From NCBI RefSeq assembly GCF_009914755.1, contig NC_060940.1: 64,000 bases of DNA. The stretch is one strand, 5' to 3'. Below the pieces are notes generated by a model. The model saw nothing but the letters and a program-made list of their open reading frames with translations, had not been told where the DNA came from and ran no database searches. Within the stretch, counting starts at the first letter, position 1; each line of letters begins with the position of its first letter. A program made the translations under genes and the position numbers. This DNA is from the human T2T-CHM13v2.0 reference genome, Homo sapiens. Positions 1 through 12,500 of the stretch are shown piece after piece.

Positions 1-294
1 AATTCCGTATGATGATGATTCCATTCGATTCCATTCGATGATTCCATTCGATTCCATTCAACGATGATTTGATTCGTTTCCATTCGATGAATCCATTGGA
101 TTCCATTCGATGATGATTCCATTCAAATCCATTCGATAATTCAATTCAAGTCCATTCGATGATGATTCCAATCGAATCCATTCAAAGATTCCATTCAGTT
201 CCATTCGATGATTCCCTTAGATTCCATTCGATGATTCCACTTGATTCCATTTACGATGATTCCATTCGATTCCATGTGATGATTCCATTCAATT

Positions 295-3200
295 CTATTC
301 AATGATGTTGCCATTTGATTCCATTCGACCATGATTGCCTTTGATTCCATTCAATGATTCCATTCGGTTCCGTTTGATGATGATTCCGTTCGATTCCATT
401 TGATGATTCCATTTGATTCCATTGGATGAGTCCATTCGATTACATTCGATGATTATTCCATTCGAGTGCATTAGATGATTCCATTCGAGTCCATTCGATG
501 ATTCCATTCGATTCCATTCGATGTTGATTCTGTTCAAATCCATTCGATGATTCCACTCGATTCCATTCGATGACTCCATTTGATCCCATTCGATGATTTC
601 CTGTGATTCCCTTTGATGATCATTCCATTTGATTCAATTCGGTGATTTCATTTGATTCCATTCAGTGATGTTTCCATTCCACTCCATTCGATGATGATTC
701 CATTCGACTCCATTCGATTATGATTTCATTCAATTCCATTCGATAATGATTCCCTTCGAGTCCATTCGATGATTCCATTCGATTCCATTCAACGATGATT
801 TGATTCGTGTCCATTCGATGATTCCATTTGATTCCACTTGATGATGATTCCATTCGAGTCCATTTGATGATTCCATTCAATTCCATTCTCCGATGATTTC
901 TTTTGAGCCCATTCAATGCTTCCACTCGATTCCATATGATGATGACTCCATTCGTTTAAATTCGATGATGATTCCGTTCGCTTGCATTCGATGATGATTC
1001 CACTTGAGTCCGTTAGAAGATTCTATTCAATTACATTCCATGACGATTCCGTTCGAGTCCATTTGATGATTCCATTAGACTCCATTCGACGATGATTCCA
1101 TTCGATGTTATTCGATGATTCCATTCGATCTCATTCGATGATGATTCCATTCAACTCCATTCGATGTTTCCATTCGAGTTCATTCTATTATTCCATTAGA
1201 TTCAATTCGATGATGATTCCATTCGATTCCATTTGATGATTGCATTCTATTTCATTTGATGATGATTCCATTCGAGTCCACTCGATGATTCCATTCGAGT
1301 CCATTTAATGAATCCATTGGTTTCAATTCTATGATGATTACATTGGATTCCATTCGTTGATGATTTCATTCGGTTCCATTCAATGATGATTCCATTCAAT
1401 TCCTTTCAATGTTTCCATTCAATTCCATACGATGATGATTCCATTTGATTTGATTCGACAGTGAGCCATTCGATTCAATTCCATGATGAATCTATTTTAT
1501 TCAATTGGTTGACATTTCCATTCGATTCCATTCGATGATGATTCCCTTTGATTCCATTCAAAGATGATTCCATTCTAGCCCATTCAATCATTCCATTCGA
1601 TTCTATTCAATGATGATTCCATTCATGTCGATTTGGTGATTCCATTTGACTTCATTTGATGATGATTCCTTTCAAGTTCATTAGATGATTCCATTCGATT
1701 CCATTTGATGATGATCCCATTCGAGTCCACTCAGTGATTCCATTCGTTTCCATTCCATGATGATTCCATTCCATTCCATTAAATGATTCCATTCGATTCC
1801 GTTTGATGATGATTTCATTCGAGTCCATTTGATGATTCCATTCGTTTCCATTCCATGATGATTCCATTCCATTCCATTCAATGATTCCATTCGATTCCGT
1901 TTGGTGATGATTTCATTCGAGTCCATTTGATGATTCCATTTGATTCCATTCGATGATGATTCCATTCGAGTCCATTCGATGATTCTATTCGAATCCACTT
2001 GATGATTTCTTTTGATTATAGTTGGTGATGATTCCATTGGAGTCCATTCAATGATTCCATTCGATTCCAATCGATGGTGATTCCATTAGAGTCCATTTAA
2101 TGATTCCATTTGATTCCAGTCTCTGATGATTACATTCGAGTCCATACGATGATTCCACTCAATTCCATATGATGATGATTCCATTCGATTCCATTCGATG
2201 ATTCCATTCTATTCTAATCGATGATGATTCCATTCGATTCCATTCGATGATGATTGGATTCGATTCCATTTGATGATTTCATTTGATTCCATTCGTTAAT
2301 GATTTCGATCAACTCCATTCGATGATTCCATTTGATTCCATTCGATAATGATTACATCCGAGTCTATTCGATGATTCCATTTGAGCCCGTTCGATAATTC
2401 CATTTGAGTCCAATCAATGATTCCATTCATTTCCATTCAATCATTCCATTCGAGTCCATTTGATCATTCTGGTAGGGTCCGTTCGATGTTGATTCCATTG
2501 GAGTGCATTCGATGATTCCATTCGAGTCCATTTTAGGATTTGATTCGAGTCCTTTCGATGATTCCATTCGATTCCACTCGATGATGATTTCATTCGAGTC
2601 CATTCGACACTTCCAATCGATTCCATTTGATGTTTCCATTCGAGTCCAATTGATGATTCAATTCCATTCGATGATGATTCCGTACGATTCCATTCTGTGA
2701 TGATTCCATGTGATTGCATTCAATGATGATTCCTTTCGATTGCATTCGATTGTGATTCATTTCGTGTTCATTCTATGGTTCCACAGGTTTCCATTCGTGT
2801 CCATTCCATTATTCCATTCTATTCCATTTCATGATGATTCCATTCGATTCCATTCATTGGTGATTCCACTCAATTCCATTCAATGATTCCATTCCATTTC
2901 TTTCAACAATGATTCCATTAGTTTCTAATCGATGATCCACTTGATTCCATTTGATGACGATTCCATTCTTGTCCATTCGATGATTCCATTTGATTCCATA
3001 TGATGATGATTCCATTCGATTCCATACCATGATGATTCCATTCGAGTCCATTCAATGGTGATTCCATTCAATTCCATTCGATGATTCCTTTTGATTGCAT
3101 TCGATGATGATGGCATTCGATTCCTCTCAATCATTCCCTTTGATTCCATTCAAAGGTGATTTCATTCAAGTCCATTCGATAATTGCATTCGATTCCATTC

Positions 3201-3484
3201 TATGATGATTCCATTCGAGTCCATTTGATGATTCCATTCAATTCAAGTCAATGATGATTCCATTCGATTCCATTCGATGATTCCATTGGATTCCATTCGA
3301 TGATGATTCCATTCAAATCCATTCGATAATTCAATTCAAGTCCATTCGATGATGATTCCAATCGAATCCATTCAAAGATTCCATTCAGTTCCATTCGATG
3401 ATAACCTTAGATTCCATTCGATGATTCCACTTGATTGCATTTACGATGATTCCATTCGATTCCATGTGATGATTCCATTCAATT
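295..3484 (+). repeat. Unit U1, shortened to 3190 bp (3015-bp deletion, 98-bp duplication, 5-bp deletion)
   Basis: Marker spacing 295->3485. The arithmetic 6112-3015+98-5=3190 matches events seen at ~2200, 1741-1936 and ~2655. Unit phase is arbitrary (anchored on the marker ORF). Confidence 0.9.
1741..1936 (+). repeat. 98-bp local tandem duplication
   Basis: CATTCGTTTCCATTCCATGATG starts at 1741 and again at 1839; it is single-copy in other units (e.g. ~4930, ~11042). Confidence 0.9.
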
Positions 3485-6400
3485 CTATTCAATGATGTCT
3501 CCATTTGATTCCATTCGACCATGATTGCCTTTGATTCCATTCAATGATTCCATTCGGTTCCGTTTGATGATGATTCCGTTTGATTCCATTTGATGATTCC
3601 ATTTGATTCCATTGGATGAGTCCATTCGATTACATTCGATGATTATTCCATTCGAGTGCATTAGATGATTCCATTCGAGTCCATTCGATGATTCCATTCG
3701 ATTCCATTTGATGTTGATTCTGTTCAAATCCATTCGATGATTCCACTCGATTCCATTCGATGACTCCATTTGATCCCATTCGATGATTTCCTTTGATTCC
3801 CTTTGATGATCATTCCATTTGATTCAATTCGGTGATTTCATTTGATTCCATTCAGTGATGTTTCCATTCGACTCCATTCGATGATGATTCCATTCGACTC
3901 CATTCGATTATGATTTCATTCAATTCCATTCGATAATGATTCCCTTCGAGTCCATTCGATGATTCCATTCGATTCCATTCAATGATGATTTGATTCGTGT
4001 CCATTCGATGATTCCATTTGATTCCACTTGATGATGATTCCATTCGAGTCCATTTGATGATTCCATTCAATTCCATACTCCGATGATTTCTTTTGAGCCC
4101 ACTCAATGCTTCCACTCGATTCCATATGATGATGACTCCATTCGATGAAATTCGATGATGATTCCACTCGCTTGCTTTCGATGATGATTCCACTTGAGTC
4201 CGTTAGAAGATTCTATTCAATTACATTCCATGACGATTCCGTTCGAGTCCATTTGATGATTCCATTAGACTCCATTCGACGATGATTCCATTCGATGTTA
4301 TTCGATGATTCCATTCGATCTCATTCGATGATGATTCCATTCAACTCCATTCGATGGTTCCATTCGAGTTCATTCTATTATTCCATTAGATTCCATTCGA
4401 TGATGATTCCATTCGATTCCATTTGATGATTGCATTCTATTTCATTTGATGATGATTCCATTCCAGTCCACTCGATGATTCCATTCGAGTCCATTTAATG
4501 AATCCATTGGTTTCAATTCTATGATGATTACATTGGATTCCATTCGTTGATGATTTCATTCGGTTCCATTCAATGATCATTCCATTCAATTCCTTTCAAT
4601 GTTTCCATTCAATTCCATACGATGATGATTCCATTTGATTTGATTCGACAGTGAGCCATTCGATTCAATTCCATGATGATTCTATTTATTCAATTGGTTG
4701 ACATTTCCATTCGATTCCATTCGATGATGATTCCCTTTGATTCCATTCAAAGATGATTCCATTCTAGCCCATTCAATCATTCCATTCGATTCTATTCAAT
4801 GATGATTCCATTCATGTCGATTTGGTGATTCCATTTGACTTCATTTGATGATGATTCCTTTCAAGTTCATTAGATGATTCCATTCGATTCCATTTGATGA
4901 TGATCCCATTCGAGTCCATTCAGTGATTCCATTCGTTTCCATTCCATGATGATTCCATTCCTTTCCATTCAATGATTCCTTTCGATTCCGTTTGATGATG
5001 ATTTCATTCGAGTCCATTTGATGATTCCATTTGATTCCATTCGATGATGATTCCATTCGAGTCCATTCGATGATTCTATTCGAATCCATTTGATGATTTC
5101 TTTTGATTATATTTGGTGATGATTCCATTGGAGTCCATTCAATGATTCCATTCGATTCCAATCGATGATGATTCCATTAGAGTCCATTTAATGATTCCAT
5201 TTGATTCCAGTCTCTGATGATTACATTCGAGTCCATACGATGATTCCACTCAATTCCATATGATGATGATTCCATTCGATTCCATTCGGTGATTCCATTC
5301 TATTCTATTCAATGGTGATTCCATTCGAGTACATTAGATGATTCCATTCGATTCCATTCAATGATGATTCTATTTGTGTCCCTTAGATGATTCCACATGA
5401 TTCCATTAGATGATGATACTATTTGAGCCCATCCAATGATTCCCTTCGATTCCATTCGATGAGGATTCCATTCGATTCAATTCATTGGTGATTCTATTCA
5501 ATTCAATTCTTTGATTCCATTCCATTCCATTCGACAATGATTCCATTCGATTTCTTTCGATGATTCCACTCGATTCCACTTGACATTGATTCCATTCGAT
5601 TCCATTCAATGATTCCATTTGATTCCAGTGGATGATGATTGCCATCGATTCCATTCGATCACTCCATTCTATTCCATTTGATGATGATTACATTCGATTC
5701 CATTTGATGATTCCATCTGATTCTATTCGAGGATTCCATTTGATTCCATTCGATGATTATTCCATTCGAGTCCATTCGATGATTTCATTCGAGTACATCC
5801 AATGATTCCATTCGAGTCCATTAGATGATTCCATTTGATTCCATTTGAAAATGATTCTACTAGAGTCCATTCAATGACTCCATTCGAGTCCATTCAACAA
5901 TTCCATTCGACTCCATTCAATGATTCCATTCGATTCCATTTGATGGTTCCATTCGAGTCCATTTAATCATTACAGTCGAGTCCATTTGGTGATTCCACTG
6001 GATTTCTTTTGATAATGATACCATTCAATTACATTTGATGATGATCCCATTCAATTTCATTTGATGATGATTCCATTAGAGTCCATTCGATGATTTCATT
6101 CGAGTCCCTTCATTGATTCCATCCGATTTCATTAGATGATGACTCCATTCGAGTCCATTCGATGATTCCACTCGATTCCATTAGATGATTCCATTGGAGT
6201 CCATTTGATTGTTCCATTCGATTCCATTCGATTCCTTTCGAAGATTATTCCATTTGAGTCCATTCGATGATGATTCCATTCCATTCCATTCGATGATTCC
6301 GTTTGATTCCATTCGATGATTCCCTTCGATTCCTTTCTTTGATGATTCCATTCCATTCCATTCAATGATTCCATTCGAATCTATTCCATGATGATTCCTT

Positions 6401-9400
6401 TCGATTCCATTCGCTGATGTTTCCGTTCAATTCCATTCGATGATGATTCCATTCGATTCCATTCATTGAGGATTCCATTTGATTCCATTCAATGATGATT
6501 CCATTCTATTCCATTCAATGATTGCATTCAATTCCATTCAATGATTATCCCATTAGAGTAAACTCAACGATTCCATTCAATACCATTCGATGATGATTCC
6601 TTTTGAGTCCATTCAATGATTTCATTCAAGTCCATTTGATGATTCCTTTCAATTCCATTCTATGATGATTCCATTCGAGTCCATTCGATGATTCCATTCG
6701 ATTGCATTCGATGATTCCATTATATTCCATTCAACGGTGATTCCATTCGAGTCCATTCGATGATTCCATTAGAGTACATTTAATGATTGCTTTGTTTTCA
6801 ATTCGAAGATGATTACATTGGATTCCATTCTATGATACCATTCGATTCCATTCAATGATGATTCCACTCAAATCCATTGGATGATTCCATTCGTGTCCAT
6901 TCGGTGATTTCATTAGATTCCATTCGAGGATGATTCCATTCGATTCCATTCGATGATTCCATTCAATTCCATTCGATGATGATTCCATTCCAGTCCATAT
7001 GATCATTCCATTTGATTTCATTCGATGATGATTCCATTCGATTCCATTCGATGATTCCATTCTATTCCATTCGATGATGATTCCATTCGAGTCCATTCGA
7101 TGATTCCATTCGAGTCCATTTAATGATTCCATTGGGTTCAATTCAATGATGATTACATTGGATTCCGTTCTATGATTCCATTCAATTCCGTTCATTGACA
7201 ATTTGATTCCATTCGATGATGATTCCATTTGAGTTCATTCGATGATTCTATTCGATTCTCTTCGATGGTGATTCAATTCTATTATATTGGATGATTCCAT
7301 TCGATTCCATTTGATGTTGATTCAATTCGATTCTATTCGATGATGATTCCATTGGATTTCACTTGATGATTCTATTCGATTCCATTCAATGATGATTCAC
7401 TTCTCGTCCATTGGATGATTCCATTTCATTCCATTCGATGATGATTCCATTCGATTCCATTCGATGATTCCATTTGATTCCATGCGACGGTGAGCAATTC
7501 GATTCAATTCCATGATGATTCTATTTGATTCAATTAGATGATGTTTCCATTCGAATCCATTCCATGATTATTCCATTGGAATCCATTCGGCGATGATTCC
7601 ATATGAGTCAATTCAATGATGATTCCATATGGGTCCGTTCGATGATAATTCCATTTGATTTCATTCGATGCTTCTATTCTATTCCAGTCGATGATGATTC
7701 CGTTGGAGTCCATACGATGATTCCATTTGATTTCATTTGATGATGATTCCATTCGATGATGATTACATTGGATTCCATTCTATGATTCCATTCAATTCCA
7801 TTCGTTGATGATTCGATTCCATTCAATGATGATTCCATTTGAGTTCATTCGATGATTCCATTCGATTCCGTTCGATGGTGATTCAATTCTCTTATATTGG
7901 ATGATTCCACTCGATTCCATTTGATGATTATTCCATTGGAGTCCACTTAGTGAATCCTTCAGATTCTACTCGACGATGATTCCATTGGAGTCCATTCGAT
8001 GATACCATTCAATTCCATTCGTTGATGCTTCCATTCAAGTGCATTCGATGATATCATTCGATTCCATTTGATGATAATTCCATTTGATTCCATGCGATGA
8101 TTCTATTCGATTCCATTCAATGATAATTCCATTCAATTCAGTGATTCCTCTGGACTCCATTTGATGATGATTCCATTCAATGATTCCATTCGATTCTATT
8201 CGAAAATGATTCCATTTGAATCCATTTGATGATGATTCCATTAGATTCCATTTGATGATTCCATTCGATTCCATTCGACGATGATTCCATTCGATTCCGT
8301 TTGATGATTCCATTCTATTCTATTCGATGATGATTCCATTCGATTCCATTCGATGATGATTGGATTCGATTCCATTTGATGATTTCATTTGATTCCATTC
8401 GTTAATGATTTCGATCAATTCCATTCGATGATTCCATTCGATTCCATTCGATAATGATTACATCCGAGTCCATTCGATGATTCCCTTTGAGCCTGTTCGA
8501 TAATTCCATTTGAGTCCAACCAATGATTCCATTCATTTCCATTCAATGATTCCATTCGAGTCCATTTGATCATTCCGGTAGGGTCCATTCGATGTTGATT
8601 CCATTGGAGTGCATTCGATGATTCCATTCGAGTCCATTTTAGGATTTGATTCGAGTCCTTTCGATGATTCCATTCGATTCCACTCGATGATGATTTCATT
8701 CGAGTCCATTCGACGCTTCCAATCGATTCCATTTGATGATTCCATTCGAGTCCAATTGATGATTCCATTCAATTCCATTCGATGATGATTCCGTACGATT
8801 CCATTCTGTGATGATTCCATGTGATTGCATTCAATGATGATTCCTTTCGATTGCATTCGATTATGATTCATTTCGTGTTCATTCTATGGTTCCACAGGTT
8901 TCCATTCGTGTCCATTCCATTATTCCATTCTATTCCATTTGATGATGATTCCATTCGATTCCATTCATTGGTGATTCCACTCAATTCCATTCAATGATTC
9001 CATTCCATTTCTTTCAACAATGATTCCATTAGTTTCTAATCGATGATCCACTTGATTCCATTTGACGACGATTCCATTCTTGTCCATTCGATGATTCCAT
9101 TTGATTCCATATGATGATGATTCCATTCGATTCCATACCATGATGATTCCATTCGAGTCCATTCAATGGTGATTCCATTCAATTCCATTCGATGATTCCT
9201 TTTGATTCCATTCGATGATGATGGCATTCGATTCCTTTCAATCATTCCCTTTGATTCCATTCAAAGGTGATTTCATTCAAGTCCATTCGATAATTGCATT
9301 CGATTCCATTCTATGATGATTCCATTCGAGTCCATTTGATGATTCCATTCAATTCAAGTCAATGATGATTCCATTCGATTCCATTCGATGATTCCATTGG

Positions 9401-9595
9401 ATTCCATTCGATGATGATTCCATTCAAATCCATTCGATAATTCAATTCAAGTCCATTCGATGATGATTCCAATCGAATCCATTCAAAGATTCCATTCAGT
9501 TCCATTCGATGATTCCCTTAGATTCCATTCGATGATTCCACTTGATTCCATTTACGATGATTCCATTCGATTCCATGTGATGATTCCATTCAATT
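3485..9595 (+). repeat. Unit U2, full length (6111 bp, 1-bp deletion at ~4688)
   Basis: Marker spacing 3485->9596. TCTATTTATTCAATTGG at 4681 versus TCTATTTGATTCAATTGG in later units. Confidence 0.92.
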
Positions 9596-12500
9596 CTATT
9601 CAATGGTGTCTCCATTTGATTCCATTCGACCATGATTGCCTTTGATTCCATTCAATGATTCCATTCGGTTCCGTTTGATGATGATTCCGTTCGATTCCAT
9701 TTGATGATTCCATTTGATTCCATTGGATGAGTCCATTCGATTACATTCGATGATTATTCCATTCGAGTGCATTAGATGATTCCATTCGAGTCCATTCGAT
9801 GATTCCATTCGATTCCATTCGATGTTGATTCTGTTCAAATCCATTCGATGATTCCACTCGATTCCATTCGTTGACTCCATTTGATCCCATTCGATGATTT
9901 CCTTTGATTCCCTTTGATGATCATTCCATTTGATTCAATTCGGTGATTTCATTTGATTCCATTCAGTGATGTTTCCATTCGACTCCATTCGATGATGATT
10001 CCATTCGACTCCATTCGATTATGATTTCATTCAATTCCATTCGATAATGATTCCCTTCGAGTCCATTCGATGATTCCATTCGATTCCATTCAACGATGAT
10101 TTGATTCGTGTCCATTCGATGATTCCATTTGATTCCACTTGATGATGATTCCATTCGAGTCCATTTGATGATTCCATTCAATTCCATACTCCGATGATTT
10201 CTTTTGAGCCCACTCAATGCTTCCACTCGATTCCATATGATGATGACTCCATTCGATGAAATTCGATGATGATTCCATTCGCTTGCTTTCGATGATGATT
10301 CCACTTGAGTCCGTTAGAAGATTCTATTCAATTACATTCCATGACGATTCCGTTCGAGTCCATTTGATGATTCCATTAGACTCCATTCGACGATGATTCC
10401 ATTCGATGTTATTCGATGATTCCATTCGATCTCATTCGATGATGATTCCATTCAACTCCATTCGATGTTTCCATTCGAGTTCATTCTATTATTCCATTAG
10501 ATTCCATTCGATGATGATTCCATTCGATTCCATTTGATGATTGCATTCTATTTCATTTGATGATGATTCCATTCGAGTCCACTCGATGATTCCATTCGAG
10601 TCCATTTAATGAATCCATTGGTTTCAATTCTATGATGATTACATTGGATTCCATTCGTTGATGATTTCATTCGGTTCCATTCAATGATGATTCCATTCAA
10701 TTCCTTTCAATGTTTCCATTCAATTCCATACGATGATGATTCCATTTGATTTGATTCGACAGTGAGCCATTCGATTCAATTCCATGATGATTCTATTTGA
10801 TTCCATTGGTTGACATTTCCATTCGATTCCATTCGATGATGATTCCCTTTGATTCCGTTCAAAGATGATTCCATTCTAGCCCATTCAATCATTCCATTCG
10901 ATTCTATTCAATGATGATTCCATTCATGTCGATTTGGTGATTACATTTGACTTCATTTGATGATGATTCCTTTCAAGTTCATTAGATGATTCCATTCGAT
11001 TCCATTTGATGATGATCCCATTCGAGTCCATTCAGTGATTCCATTCGTTTCCCTTCCATGATGATTCCATTCCTTTCCATTCAATGATTCCATTCGATTC
11101 CGTTTGATGATGATTTCATTCGAGTCCATTTGATGATTCCATTTGATTCCATTCGATGATGATTCCATTCGAGTCCATTCGATGATTCTATTCGAATCCA
11201 TTTGATGATTTCTTTTGATTATAGTTGGTGATGATTCCATTGGAGTCCATTCAATGATTCCATTCGATTCCAATCGATGATGATTCCATTAGAGTCCATT
11301 TAATGATTCCATTTGATTCCAGTCTCTGATGATTACATTCGAGTCCATACGATGATTCCACTCAATTCCATATGATGATGATTCCATTTGATTCCATTCG
11401 GTGATTCCATTCTATTCTATTCAATGGTGATTCCATTCGAGTACATTAGATGATTCCATTCGATTCCATTCAATGATGATTCTATTTGTGTCCCTTAGAT
11501 GATTCCACATGATTCCATTAGATGATGATACTATTTGAGCCCATCCAATGATTCCCTTCGATTCCATTCGATGAGGATTCCATTCGATTCAATTCATTGG
11601 TGATTCTATTCAATTCAATTCTTTGATTCCATTCCATTCCATTCGACAATGATTCCATTCGATTTCTTTCGATGATTCCACTCGATTCCACTTGACATTG
11701 ATTCCATTTGATTCCATTCAATGATTCCATTTGATTCCAGTGGATGATGATTGCCATCGATTCCATTCGATCACTCCATTCTATTCCATTTGATGATGAT
11801 TACATTCGATTCCATTTGATGATTCCATCTGATTCTATTCGAGGATTCCATTTGATTCCATTCGATGATGATTCCATTCGAGTCCATTCGATGATTTCAT
11901 TCGAGTACATCCAATGATTCCATTCGAGTCCATTAGATGATTCCATTTGATTCCATTTGAAAATGATTCTACTAGAGTCCATTCAATGACTCCATTCGAG
12001 TCCATTCAACAATTCCATTCGACTCCATTCGATGATTCCATTCGATTCCATTTGATGGTTCCATTCGAGTCCATTTAATCATTACAGTCGAGTCCATTTG
12101 GTGATTCCACTGGATTTCTTTTGATAAGGATACCATTCAATTACATTTGATGATGATCCCATTCAATTTCATTTGATGATGATTCCATTAGAGTCCATTC
12201 GATGATTTCATTCGAGTCCCTTCATTGATTCCATCCGATTTCATTGGATGATGACTCCATTCGAGTCCATTCGATGATTCCACTCGATTCCATTAGATGA
12301 TTCCATTGGAGTCCATTTGATTGTTCCATTCGATTCCATTCGATTCCTTTCGAAGATTATTCCATTTGAGTCCATTCGATGATGATTCCATTCCATTCCA
12401 TTCGATGATTCCGTTTGATTCCATTCGATGATTCCCTTTGATTCCTTTCTGTGATGATTCCATTCCATTCCACTCAATGATTCCATTCGAATCTATTCCA

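Noticed and set aside
6554-6566. Short inverted repeat GAGT-AA-ACTC once per full unit
   Set aside because: A 4-bp stem is expected by chance; it is useful only as a landmark.
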